From an uncultured delta proteobacterium (GTDB lineage Bacteria; Desulfobacterota; Binatia; HRBIN30; BPIQ01), in contig CAVXGR010000013.1 in the NCBI GenBank assembly GCA_963761335.1, positions 224,001-288,000 of the forward strand: 64,000 nucleotides of DNA. Direction: 5' to 3'. Below, in pieces: positions 54,662-64,000 of this stretch (within the stretch, counting starts at the first letter, position 1; every line of letters starts with the position of its first letter). Below the pieces are notes generated by a model. It did no database searches. It was not told the origin of the DNA and was given only the letters and a program-made list of their open reading frames with translations. The translations under genes were made by a program, and so were the position numbers.

Positions 54662-57229
54662 ATGTATCGACGTGTCCTGGCGTTGAGCTTGGTCTCTGCG
54701 CTCGCGCTGTTCTTTTGCGGCATCGGTACGGCGAACGCGTTGTCGAGAGACGACGCCAAGTGCCGTAAGTCCCTGGGCAAGGGCGTGCGCCTGCTCGCCG
54801 ACAAGCTGCTCCACGAGAAAGCCAAGTGTCACAAGCAGCGAATGATGGGCCAGCTCGACCAAGCGGTCGACTGCAACGACACCAGCGACCCGCTGTTTCC
54901 CGCCAAGAGCCTGCTGAAGATCAACCGCGCCAAGGACAAGCTCAATCGCTTCGCGGAGCGCGGCTGCCGCAACGCCTCGGTACCGCCGTCGGCGAACGGC
55001 TACCGCGTCTGCATTCCTCCGTGCGACTCGATCGCCATCAACAGCCAGTACTCCAGTGTCGCCGCCTGCCTCGCCTGCCTGACGGACGACATCGTCAGCT
55101 CCGCGGCGAGCAGCGCCTTCGGCGTGCCCCCCACACCCGGGGCCAATACCGATGAGACCAAGTGTGAGAGCTTCATCAACAAGGCCGTGCGCAAGTACTC
55201 GATCGGGCGCGTCAAGGAACAGCAGAAGTGTCAGTACAACGAGGACAAGGCGACGGTGCCCTTGGGCAGCGATTGTGAGAATGACACCAACACCAAGATC
55301 GCCAAGGCCTTGCAGCGGGCCAACGACTTGATCGACAAGTGCCAGGACCCGATCCTCGGCATCCTCGACAGCTGCGGCACGGACCAGGCGAGCGAGAAGG
55401 CCTGCCTGCAGTTGGTCAGCGACATCTTCACCAATGCCCTTTTCGACCAAGTGTACAACCCGCCGGCGCCGAGCCCGACGCCGACGGTCACCGAGACCGG
55501 CACTCCGACGTCGACGCCGACGATCACCGACACCCCGACGGTGACGCAGACGCCGACCATCACCGACACGCCGACGATCACGCAGACGCCAACGATCACC
55601 GGCACCGCGACGCAGACGGGTACGGCGACCGAGACCGGCACCGTCACCGAGACGGCGACCGTGACGCAGACGCCGACCATCACCGACACGGCGACGGTGA
55701 CCGAGACGGCGACGGTCACCGTCACGCCGACCGGCACTCCTACGAGCACGCCGACGCGCACCCCGACCACGACCGCCACGGCGACCCCAACCTCGACGCC
55801 GACACGCACCCCGACGCGCACCCCGACCAATACGCCGACGCGGACGCCGACGGTAACCGACACGCCGACCATCACCCCGACGCGGACCAACACACCGCAC
55901 GCCAACGCGATCTTCGTCTCCGCCACCCTCGGCAGCTCGCTCGGCGACGGCAGCATGGCGGACCCGCTCGACACCATTCAGGCCGGCATCAACAAGGCGG
56001 TCACTGACGGCAAGAACCGCGTCTGCATCGACGGCGGCACCTACAACGAGACCCTAACCTTGGCGAACGGCGTCAGTCTCGAGGGCGGCTTCAACGCCAC
56101 CCTGTTCTGGCTGAAAGACGGCTCCGCCACCAACGTGAACGGTGGCTCGACGGCGATTCTCGGAAGCTCGACCAGCAACCTGAGCATCTCCGGCCTCACC
56201 GTCCACGCGTCCAATGCCAGCGGCACGGGACAGAGCTCGTACGGCATCCGGCTACTCTCCTCGAGCAACGTGACCATCAGCAACAACACGGTGACCGCCG
56301 GCAACGGCACTGGCGGCAGCGGCGGCTCGAGTGGCTCCACCGGCGCCGGCGGCAACGGCGGCAGCGGCGGCGGCAACGGCTGCGAGGATTCCAACTACAC
56401 CTGCTCGACCTGCAGCCGGCCCGGTGGCGGCAGCGGCGGGCCGAGCAAGTCGTGCTCCAGCGGTTCATCGTACGCGGGTGGCGGCGGCGGTGCTCCCGGC
56501 CACTGCAGCATAAGCGGCAACGGTGAGGCCGGCGGCGGCGGCGGCGGCCCCAATGGCGGCGGTGCGGGCTCCGGCGGCGGCGGCTGTCACGGCACTCCCG
56601 GCGGCGGCGGTACCGCCACCAGCGCCGCGGCCGCGGGCGGCAACGGCGGCTCCGGCAGCAGCTTCGGCTCCGCGGGCTCGGCGTACTCGCCCGCCAACGG
56701 CGGCAGCGGCTCCCACGGCGCCAACGGCAGCGGCGGCGGCGGCGGTGGCGGCGGCGGCGGCGGCGATTCAACCTGCGACAGCTGGGGCGGCGGCGGCGGT
56801 GGTGGCGGCGGCGGCGGCTGCGGCGGCACCCTGGCCACCGGCGGCACCGGCGGCGGCGGCTCCTTCGGAGTCTGGGTGAACGGCGGCTCGGCAACCGTCA
56901 CCAGCACCACTATCGTCACCGGCATCGGCGGCAGCGGCGGCAGCGGCGGTAGCGGCGGCACGGGCGGCTCGGGGGGCACCCCGGGCGGCGGCGGCAGCGG
57001 CGAAGACGATTCCATCGGCGGCGCCGGCGGCGGCACGGGCGGCATGGGCGGCCGCGGCGGTCACGGCGGCGGCGGCGGCGGCGGACCGACTGTCGGCATC
57101 CTCTGCTCCGGGGGCGCCAGCGTGACACGCTCGGGCAATGCCTTCACCTTGGGCACCGCCGGCTCGGGCGGCAGCTCGCCGGGAAATTCCGGGTCAAGCG
57201 GGCTGCGGGTCAACGAGAGCGGCTGCTGA
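54662..57229 (+). CDS. Secreted Cys-rich/beta-helix/glycine-rich protein (paralogue 2, long Thr linker)
   Basis: Same architecture and motifs as paralogue 1. ATG at 54662 follows AGGAG. Confidence 0.88.
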   Translation: MYRRVLALSLVSALALFFCGIGTANALSRDDAKCRKSLGKGVRLLADKLLHEKAKCHKQRMMGQLDQAVDCNDTSDPLFPAKSLLKINRAKDKLNRFAERGCRNASVPPSANGYRVCIPPCDSIAINSQYSSVAACLACLTDDIVSSAASSAFGVPPTPGANTDETKCESFINKAVRKYSIGRVKEQQKCQYNEDKATVPLGSDCENDTNTKIAKALQRANDLIDKCQDPILGILDSCGTDQASEKACLQLVSDIFTNALFDQVYNPPAPSPTPTVTETGTPTSTPTITDTPTVTQTPTITDTPTITQTPTITGTATQTGTATETGTVTETATVTQTPTITDTATVTETATVTVTPTGTPTSTPTRTPTTTATATPTSTPTRTPTRTPTNTPTRTPTVTDTPTITPTRTNTPHANAIFVSATLGSSLGDGSMADPLDTIQAGINKAVTDGKNRVCIDGGTYNETLTLANGVSLEGGFNATLFWLKDGSATNVNGGSTAILGSSTSNLSISGLTVHASNASGTGQSSYGIRLLSSSNVTISNNTVTAGNGTGGSGGSSGSTGAGGNGGSGGGNGCEDSNYTCSTCSRPGGGSGGPSKSCSSGSSYAGGGGGAPGHCSISGNGEAGGGGGGPNGGGAGSGGGGCHGTPGGGGTATSAAAAGGNGGSGSSFGSAGSAYSPANGGSGSHGANGSGGGGGGGGGGGDSTCDSWGGGGGGGGGGGCGGTLATGGTGGGGSFGVWVNGGSATVTSTTIVTGIGGSGGSGGSGGTGGSGGTPGGGGSGEDDSIGGAGGGTGGMGGRGGHGGGGGGGPTVGILCSGGASVTRSGNAFTLGTAGSGGSSPGNSGSSGLRVNESGC
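55470..55896 (+). repeat. Coding tandem repeats (6/18-bp period) encoding an (xT)n Pro/Thr linker
   Basis: [22 protein letters not shown] units over about 140 aa. Confidence 0.85.
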
Positions 57230-57385
57230 TGGCCGGCGCTCACCCGCAAGAGCGGCCATGACCGGAGGGGCTCTGTCAGCGCTGTACGGGAGTGGCGGGG
57301 TGCGCCGTACCCGCCGCCGCGTACGGCGACGAGAGCGCTCCCACCTCTGTTGCTTTCCAGGCAGGACCGACAACGCAAAAGTTGC

Positions 57386-57415
57386 TTGATCTAACGAAAC
57401 CGCCCGTCGTATGCT
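57386..57415 (+). promoter_or_regulatory. Sigma70-type promoter for Gly-rich paralogue 3
   Basis: A-tract, TTGATC-N18-TATGCT. Confidence 0.6.
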
Positions 57416-57498
57416 CTGAGGACGGGCTGTGCGGCTTGGCCGGGGGGCCAGCCGTCTTCATTAAGAGCCCACCCCACCGGGGGAAACGGAGGATTACG

Positions 57499-59655
57499 AT
57501 GCGCCGATCTTTGATCTGGCAGAGCGCAGTGCTCGTCGTGCTGGCGGCTGCGTTTGTTCTGGCACAGGTGCAACCGGCTCATGCTCTGGCGCGGGAAGAC
57601 GCCAAGTGCCGAAAGTTCATCGGCAAGGGCACGAGGTTATTGGCCAACACCCTGGTGCGCGAGAAGGCAAAGTGCCACCGCCTGCGAATGCTCGGGCGCA
57701 TCGATCCCGGAACCGACTGCAACGATCCGGAGGATCCCTTCTTCCCCGGCGCGCTCAAGGTCGCCAAGGCAAAGGCCAAGCTGGAAAAGCTGGTGAAGAA
57801 TGGCTGCGGCACCGGCAGTGGCGCCTCGACTCCTCAGGAGAACGGCTACATCCTCTGCGACGGCGCCGCCGCCTGCGCCGGCATCGGCATCGCCGGCTAC
57901 ACCTCGGCGGAGACCGGAGACGACAACACCGTCGCCGACTGCCTCATCTGCGAGACCGACGAGCGGGTGGCCGGCAGCGTCGACTCGGCCTACGGCACGC
58001 CGCCGGTCCCGGGAACCAACAACGATCAGACCAAGTGCCAGGATGCGATCGGCAAGGCCCTGCGGCTCTACGGGATCAAGCGCATCATCGAGCAGCAGAA
58101 GTGCCAGTACAACGAAGAGAAGTTGGCGGTGCCGACGGGCGTCAACTGTCTGACCGCGCAGAACGACAAGATCGACAAGGCCCTGCAGCGAGCGCAGAAG
58201 CTCATCGAGAAGAAGTGCAGCAGCGGCAGCGTCCTCTCCACGCTCAACAGCTGTGATTCGACTCTCTCCGGCGAGAAGGCCTGCGTCGAGTCGGCGGCAG
58301 ACGCCTTCTCCGACGGTTTGTTCGACGACGTCTACCTCACCACGACCGGGGTGTTCGTCTCCAAGGCGCAGGGCTCCGCGGGCGGCGACGGCTCCATTCT
58401 CGACCCGCTCGACACCATCCAGGCCGGCATCAATGCTGCCGTGGCCCAAGGCGTGAACGACGTCTACATCGACGGCGGCGTCTATTCCGAGTCGCTCACC
58501 CTCGACAGCAACGTGAACCTGCTCGGCGGCTTCAACGCCAACAATGCCTGGCTCTACGACGGCTCCTCGACCAGCGTCTTCGGCAGCACCACCGCGGTCA
58601 CGGCCAATGGCAAGAGCAACATCACCATCGACGGCCTCAGCATCAACGCCAGTGCCACACTGAGCACCGGCCAGAGCTCCTACGGCATAAAGCTGCTGTC
58701 GTCGAACAATGTCCTCATCCGCAACAGCAGCGTCACCGCCGGAAGCGGCGGCCCGGGGAGCTCCGGCTCCAACGGCGGCTCCGGCGCCACCGGTGGCGGC
58801 GGCAACAACGGCGGCAACGGCTGCGAGGACTCGAACTACACCTGCAACACCTGCAGTCGCCCCGGTGGCGGCGGCGGCGGTACCAATCCGAGCTGTTCGA
58901 GCAGCTCTGCGGGAGGCACCGGCGGCAGCGGCGGCAACTGCAGCGGCACCAACTCACAGACCGGAGGCAACGGCTCGGGAACCGCGCCGGGCGTCGGCAG
59001 CAGCGGTGGCGGATGTCATTTCGGACCGTCGATCGGCGGCAACGCCGGGACAGTGTCCTCCGGAACCGAGGGCAGCGGCGCCAGCAACTTCGGCAGTGCC
59101 GGCACGGCGTACACGCCTGCCAACGGCGGCAGCGGCGGCAACGGCTCCACCGGTAGCGGCGGCGGCGGCGGCGGTGGCGGCGGCGGTGGCGACTCCACGT
59201 GCGACAGCTGGGGCGGTGGCGGCGGCGGTGGTGGTGCCGGCGGCTGCGGCGGCACCTTCGCGACCGGCGGTACCGGCGCCGGCGGCTCCTTCGGCATCTG
59301 GGTGAACGGTGGCACGGCCACCGTCGAAACGACGACCATCACCACCGGCAATGGCGGCGCGGGTGGCAGCGGCGGCGCCGGCGGCAACGGCGGCGCCGGT
59401 GGTCCGGGAGGTCTTCCCGGCAGCGGAGAGGACGATTCCGTCGGCGGCGCCAATGGCGGTAGCGGCGGCAACGGCGGCCGTGGTGGTCACGGCGGTGGCG
59501 GCGGCGGCGGACCCTCGGTCGGCATCGTCTGCAGCGGCGGGGCCATCGTCGATTCGTCCAGCGCCAGCTTCACCCTGGGCAGCGGCGGCAGCGGCGGCAC
59601 CTCGGCGGGGAACGCCGGGGCGGCCGGACTGACGGCGAATCGCCAGGGCTGCTGA
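57499..59655 (+). CDS. Secreted Cys-rich/beta-helix/glycine-rich protein (paralogue 3, no linker)
   Basis: GGAGG SD, signal peptide (AHA), same motifs, terminal GC. Confidence 0.88.
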   Translation: MRRSLIWQSAVLVVLAAAFVLAQVQPAHALAREDAKCRKFIGKGTRLLANTLVREKAKCHRLRMLGRIDPGTDCNDPEDPFFPGALKVAKAKAKLEKLVKNGCGTGSGASTPQENGYILCDGAAACAGIGIAGYTSAETGDDNTVADCLICETDERVAGSVDSAYGTPPVPGTNNDQTKCQDAIGKALRLYGIKRIIEQQKCQYNEEKLAVPTGVNCLTAQNDKIDKALQRAQKLIEKKCSSGSVLSTLNSCDSTLSGEKACVESAADAFSDGLFDDVYLTTTGVFVSKAQGSAGGDGSILDPLDTIQAGINAAVAQGVNDVYIDGGVYSESLTLDSNVNLLGGFNANNAWLYDGSSTSVFGSTTAVTANGKSNITIDGLSINASATLSTGQSSYGIKLLSSNNVLIRNSSVTAGSGGPGSSGSNGGSGATGGGGNNGGNGCEDSNYTCNTCSRPGGGGGGTNPSCSSSSAGGTGGSGGNCSGTNSQTGGNGSGTAPGVGSSGGGCHFGPSIGGNAGTVSSGTEGSGASNFGSAGTAYTPANGGSGGNGSTGSGGGGGGGGGGGDSTCDSWGGGGGGGGAGGCGGTFATGGTGAGGSFGIWVNGGTATVETTTITTGNGGAGGSGGAGGNGGAGGPGGLPGSGEDDSVGGANGGSGGNGGRGGHGGGGGGGPSVGIVCSGGAIVDSSSASFTLGSGGSGGTSAGNAGAAGLTANRQGC

Positions 59656-59678
59656 GCGAGCGACGCCGGAGTAAGCTC

Positions 59679-59712
59679 GGAGAGCCGCGGGGCACACGCC
59701 CCGCGGCTCTCC
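59679..59712 (+). terminator. 15-bp perfect hairpin (terminator or REP-like)
   Basis: GGAGAGCCGCGGGGC-ACAC-GCCCCGCGGCTCTCC. Confidence 0.6.
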
Positions 59713-59735
59713 TTCACGACAACGAGGTGGCACGC

Positions 59736-62700
59736 ATGAATCGTCTCGCAGCGTCTCTTGGAATCATGATCTTCCTGCTCGGCTCTGCCGGCTGGACGAA
59801 TGCCGCACCCGATCCGGTGCGCTGCCGCAATCGAGCGGCAGCCAAGGCCGCTTCGATGTACGCTGCCACGGCGCGCGAGATGCGCAAGTGCTCCAAATTG
59901 ATCGCCCGGGGCAAGCTCTGCAGCGAGTTCCTGCGCGACGCCAAGATTCAGACCAAGCTGGCCCGCGCGCAGATCAGTCTGACCAGTGCCTGCGAGGGCG
60001 TCAGCAGCACTTTCGGCTTCAGCTCCGACAACAAGCTGGCGACCGTGATCTCCGGCACGGCAGCCGGCGAAGGGCGCTGGGTGGCCGACTCGGTGTACGG
60101 CCGCGATGCCAGCGTCATGACTCCCAACGACCTGAAATGCGCCAACCTCATCACCGCGCAGAGCATGCGGGCCGGCAAGAAGCTGGTCCGCATCCTGACC
60201 AAATGCGGGGCGTCGTGCAGCACCGCCGATCAGCAGAAGGTGAACGATGCCTTTACCAAGGCCGAGGCGCACATCAACCGGGGATGCACGCCTCTCTCCC
60301 TCGTTGCCTTGGTGAACGGTGACCTCTCCGGACACATGGAAGACATCCGCGACGGGGCGCAGCGCGTTGTCAACTCTCTCACCCCGGGCGTCAATCCGTT
60401 CGTCAGCGTGCTGAGCCCGTCGACCGGTCAGGTGATCACGCCACCGTCGCTTCCGGCCAATGTCTCGGTGGCGGCGAAGATGGCCAACCTTCCCAATGCG
60501 GGGTACGTCATCAACATGAAGGTCGTTGGTGCCGGCAGCGCCACTTACAACCAGGCAACCGATCAGTTCGAGTACGACCTGTCGGTGGACAACCCGACGG
60601 CGACCAGCTTTCCGGTGGTCGTGCAGGCGCGCACTTACCGCGGCACCTTCAGCAGCACGACCAACGTCAAGTTCAATCTCGGCACTCTGGCGCCCGACGT
60701 GGTGATCAGCTCTCCGAGCACCGGCACCATCACCTCGTCCTCGACGGCCACCGTGAGCGGCACGGTGATCGGCGATCTCACCAAGGCAGATACCCTTCTG
60801 GTGGGCGGCAACCTGACCACGTTCAACCCCACCAGCGGTGCCTTTACCGCGAACGTCTCTCTGAGCACCTCCGGGGTCAACATCGTGGCGGCCACCGTGC
60901 AATCGTTCGGCCTCGGCACCACCAACTCCGATTCGGTGATCATCCTCAAGGGCACGGCCCTACCGCTGACCACGCGCGTCCCCAACGCCAACTACAACCG
61001 CCTCAACAACTCCGGGTTCAGCTCCCTGCAGGATCTCATCCTCGGAGAGCTCGAGGCCTCCTTCAGCCCGTCGCAGTTCATCGGCATGCAGATCAACGGC
61101 GGCACCATCACCGAGTTCTCCACCGGAGCCTTCAACGCCGACCTCGGCGCCGCCGCCGCGCATTCGGTGGTGCTCGACATCAACATTCCGACCTTCCACC
61201 TGAAGCTGAGCAACGTCGACTCCGGCATCCTCGGTATCACCTGCGATCTCACCTATGACGCCGACAACGTCGGCATCTTCTACTCGGCCGACCTGGTGCC
61301 GCGACCGCCACTGGGAGACGGCATCCAGGCCAACACCAACATCATCACCACGACCTTCACCAACGGCAACGCCTCTCTCTCGGGTGGCTTCCTCGGCATC
61401 TGCAGCCTCGCGACCCTGGTGGTCGACGTGAAGGGTCAGCTGGAATCGCAGTTCGGCAGCCAGATCCAGGGAGAGCTGCCCACCGGGCTCAACCAGACGC
61501 TCGCCGGCATCAACGTCAGCGGCCCCATCGGCGAGTCGCTCGGCGCCGAGATCGACGCCATCTACAACGACATCGTCGAGGACTCCGACGGTGTGACCTT
61601 CAAGGTGGACTCCAACGTCGTGGCCCTCGATCCGGTGCCCGATGCACCGCCGATCTCGGTCACTCTGAATCCGACCGCCCCTGGGGAGCCGGTCCTCGGG
61701 CCCCTGGTCCCGAACACCAACCTCCCGTACGATCTGGCATTCTGCTTGTCCGATGGATTCATCAATCGCACCATGGCGGCGTTCATGCTCCAGGGACTGC
61801 TGAACCAGAGCATCACCGAGTTCCCCGATCCGGGCGGCGGCGCCGGCACGGTTCCGCTGACGACCTCGCTGCTCACCCTTCTCTTCGGCGATCCGGTCTA
61901 TGAAGCCGCATGCCCAGGGTGCAACGTCGCCATGAACCTCAGTCCCACGGTCGCCGCAGTCGCCCGCCCGCCTCTGCCCGGCGAGGACGGCGACATCGTC
62001 CTGGTGATTCCCAACTACCGCATCGACGTGGTCGCCGATCCCGAAGGCACCCCTGTGCCACTGGTTTCGGCCACGGTCGTGTTCGAGCTGCCGCTCACGC
62101 TCGGCGCTTCCGGATCCAGCATCGCGCCGTCGATCGGGACGCTGAAGATCACCAACTTCCGCGTCGTCGACAACCCGATTGGCGCCAACGAGGTCACCAT
62201 GGAGTCGCAGCTGGTGGCGCTCTTCCCGCTCGCGGCCCAGTCGCTCGGTGGCCTGTTCGCCGAGATTCCCCTGCCGCCCTTCGAGGGTGTGCAGCTCTAC
62301 GGCTACGGCTCCGGGTACAACGTCGGCTGCACGGCGCTCTATCTCGGCTTCTCGCCACCACCGCCGACGGCAACGCCGACGGTGACGCCGACGGCCACCA
62401 TCACGCCGACGCCGACGATCACCAAGACGCCGACCATCACCCCGACTGGGGTACCGCCAATCGGCTCCCACACCTTCACTCTCGCCACGGGCAGCAAGGC
62501 GCGCGTCAAGGGCGTTCTCGACCTCAGCTTCAACCTGACCGGGTCTCTCGTCCTCGACATCGGCGTCGAGGACGGCAACCACGTCGCCCCGGTCACCGTC
62601 CCCAAGGAGGGCGCCCACATCGATCCGGTCTTCCCCGGCTTGCCGGGGGTGGCAGCAATCTGTGTGAAGCCGGAATCTGACGGCAGCGGCGTCATCGACT

Positions 62701-63200
62701 GCGACGGCGGCAACTCGAACTACAACGAGACGCAGTCGCAGGATCACAACATCAACGACGTCGATCCGAGCTGCACGACCGGAACAGCGGACAGCAAACC
62801 GAGCCACAGCGGCGTGTGCAATGGTCCGATACAGACGAGCTACAGCGGCATCTACTTCCCCGGAGGAATGACGGTTTCGCTGACCGTCAGCCTGCAGCAG
62901 CTCGGCAGCTCCAGCGAGTACGGCCCGGATCATCAGGCGTGTACCGACGACGATACACCGGCAAGTCCGGCCGCCCCGGCGACGATCTTCCTGACCAGCG
63001 GGAGCTACACCGGAACCATCACCGACGCCAACAATGTCACCGGCACCTCGATCAACCTGACCACGAGCGGCACGGCGTTCAGCTGCACGAACCTGCGCAA
63101 CAACGTGCTCACCAGCGCCAAGATGGTGGGCGGCTTCATCGGCCTCGACGCGCCGACGATCGGTGATGCCGTGACCTCGATGGAGTTCGTGGCGCAGTAG
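59736..63200 (+). CDS. Large secreted protein: Cys-rich helical domain, Ig-like domains, putative BPI/LBP-like region, PT linker, Cys-containing C-terminal domain
   Basis: GAGGTG SD, signal peptide, P.V.I.SP.TG Ig-like starts, RLNNSGFSSL and DLAFCLSDGFINRTMAAFMLQGLL segments, PT repeats. Confidence 0.8.
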   Translation: MNRLAASLGIMIFLLGSAGWTNAAPDPVRCRNRAAAKAASMYAATAREMRKCSKLIARGKLCSEFLRDAKIQTKLARAQISLTSACEGVSSTFGFSSDNKLATVISGTAAGEGRWVADSVYGRDASVMTPNDLKCANLITAQSMRAGKKLVRILTKCGASCSTADQQKVNDAFTKAEAHINRGCTPLSLVALVNGDLSGHMEDIRDGAQRVVNSLTPGVNPFVSVLSPSTGQVITPPSLPANVSVAAKMANLPNAGYVINMKVVGAGSATYNQATDQFEYDLSVDNPTATSFPVVVQARTYRGTFSSTTNVKFNLGTLAPDVVISSPSTGTITSSSTATVSGTVIGDLTKADTLLVGGNLTTFNPTSGAFTANVSLSTSGVNIVAATVQSFGLGTTNSDSVIILKGTALPLTTRVPNANYNRLNNSGFSSLQDLILGELEASFSPSQFIGMQINGGTITEFSTGAFNADLGAAAAHSVVLDINIPTFHLKLSNVDSGILGITCDLTYDADNVGIFYSADLVPRPPLGDGIQANTNIITTTFTNGNASLSGGFLGICSLATLVVDVKGQLESQFGSQIQGELPTGLNQTLAGINVSGPIGESLGAEIDAIYNDIVEDSDGVTFKVDSNVVALDPVPDAPPISVTLNPTAPGEPVLGPLVPNTNLPYDLAFCLSDGFINRTMAAFMLQGLLNQSITEFPDPGGGAGTVPLTTSLLTLLFGDPVYEAACPGCNVAMNLSPTVAAVARPPLPGEDGDIVLVIPNYRIDVVADPEGTPVPLVSATVVFELPLTLGASGSSIAPSIGTLKITNFRVVDNPIGANEVTMESQLVALFPLAAQSLGGLFAEIPLPPFEGVQLYGYGSGYNVGCTALYLGFSPPPPTATPTVTPTATITPTPTITKTPTITPTGVPPIGSHTFTLATGSKARVKGVLDLSFNLTGSLVLDIGVEDGNHVAPVTVPKEGAHIDPVFPGLPGVAAICVKPESDGSGVIDCDGGNSNYNETQSQDHNINDVDPSCTTGTADSKPSHSGVCNGPIQTSYSGIYFPGGMTVSLTVSLQQLGSSSEYGPDHQACTDDDTPASPAAPATIFLTSGSYTGTITDANNVTGTSINLTTSGTAFSCTNLRNNVLTSAKMVGGFIGLDAPTIGDAVTSMEFVAQ

Positions 63201-63228
63201 CACCTCGAGCGAGACTTCGGTTCGAGCC

Positions 63229-63267
63229 GCAGGGCGGGAAGCGCGCTTCCCGCCCTGCACTTATTTT
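63229..63267 (+). terminator. Intrinsic terminator
   Basis: Palindrome GCAGGGCGGGAAG-CGCG-CTTCCCGCCCTGC followed by ACTTATTTT. Confidence 0.7.
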
Positions 63268-63289
63268 GGCCCAGGGAGAACGTGCCGGC

Positions 63290-64000
63290 ATGAAGAAGAT
63301 CCCGTCCAAAGGTCTGCCCCGAGAGCAGCTGTTCGCGGCTCTGGAGAGCTTTCGCTCGGCGGACGTCAACTGGCGCTCCGGACGAACCTGGGCATACGTC
63401 TACGATCCCGGGCACGAGGCCGAGGAGGTCATCAAGAAGGCGTTCACCATGTTCCTCAGCGAGAACGCTCTCGACCCAACCGCTTTCCCGAGCATGCTGC
63501 GGCTGGAGACCGAGCTGGTGTCGATGGCGGCGGCGCACCTGAACGGCGGCTCCGAGGTGGTCGGCAACTTCACCAGCGGCGGTACCGAGAGCATCATGCT
63601 GGCCGTAAAGACGGCTCGCGACTACGCCCGCGCCAAGAAGCCGGAGATTCACGAGCCGGAGATGGTTCTACCGGTCACAGCGCACGCCGCCTTCCAGAAG
63701 GCGGGCCACTACCTCGGCGTGAAGAAGGTGTTGGTGCCCGTCGACCCGGTGTCGTTTCAGGCCGATCCGGAAGCGGTGCGTCGCGCCATCACCCCGAACA
63801 CCATTCTCCTGGTGGGCTCCGCGGTCTCCTACGCTCATGGCGTCGTCGATCCGATTCCCGCCCTGGCGCGGGTGGCGCAGGAGCACGGCATCCTGCTCCA
63901 CGTCGACGCCTGCATGGGCGGCTTTCTCCTCCCGTACTTCCGCCGCCTCGGCGAGGAGATTCCTGATTTCGACTTCAGCGTCCCCGGGGTCACCTCGATC
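63290..64000 (+). CDS. PLP-dependent group II decarboxylase, sphingosine-1-phosphate lyase-like (partial)
   Basis: Not in the ORF track. Manual translation gives MKKIPSKGL...NALDPTAFP...FTSGGTESI...AHAAFQKA...GVVDPI...LHVDACMGGF...PGVTSI. Confidence 0.9.
   Translation, partial: MKKIPSKGLPREQLFAALESFRSADVNWRSGRTWAYVYDPGHEAEEVIKKAFTMFLSENALDPTAFPSMLRLETELVSMAAAHLNGGSEVVGNFTSGGTESIMLAVKTARDYARAKKPEIHEPEMVLPVTAHAAFQKAGHYLGVKKVLVPVDPVSFQADPEAVRRAITPNTILLVGSAVSYAHGVVDPIPALARVAQEHGILLHVDACMGGFLLPYFRRLGEEIPDFDFSVPGVTSI

Noticed and set aside
52269..59655. PE-PGRS proteins, or (GGC)n microsatellite phase variation
   Set aside because: No PE domain. The GGC runs are in-frame Gly codons of similar length in all three paralogues.
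52230..63260. Long minus-strand ORFs (52230..54368, 54305..55900, 60960..63260)
   Set aside because: Antisense products of Gly/Thr-rich and strongly codon-biased plus-strand genes.
1..64000. Transposases, integrases, prophage genes, tRNA or rRNA
   Set aside because: None recognised by eye. Small RNAs could be missed without covariance searches.

Overview
High-GC bacterial window with no rRNA, tRNA or CRISPR array detected. Protein styles (a C-terminal CxGDC..DG..D-DGDG dockerin-like module and Cys-rich helical secreted domains) suggest Candidatus Binatia or a related deltaproteobacterial lineage; this is inference only. About 0.7-50.6 kb is a large, paralogue-rich envelope lipid/glycan tailoring region. 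It holds four related GT-C/ArnT-like membrane proteins, three ArnC-like GT2s, WbqC, seven radical SAM enzymes (three near-identical SPASM/twitch paralogues, three B12-binding, one BtrN-like), two sterol-desaturase-family enzymes, two ferritin-like diiron oxygenases, a P450-ACP-crotonase-FAAL cassette without a ketosynthase, and heptose activation genes. It is interrupted at 14-22 kb by a putative nucleotidyltransferase toxin-antitoxin pair, an arylamine N-acetyltransferase, a lipoprotein, a STAND regulator and decayed genes. The 51-63 kb region encodes secreted proteins: a C16orf89/DUF4735-like protein, three tandem Cys/Gly-rich beta-helix paralogues each preceded by a similar promoter and 5'UTR hairpin, and a large BPI/LBP-like protein. 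Partial Rieske oxygenase and sphingosine-1-phosphate-lyase-like genes flank the window. All family assignments come from motif reading, not database searches.
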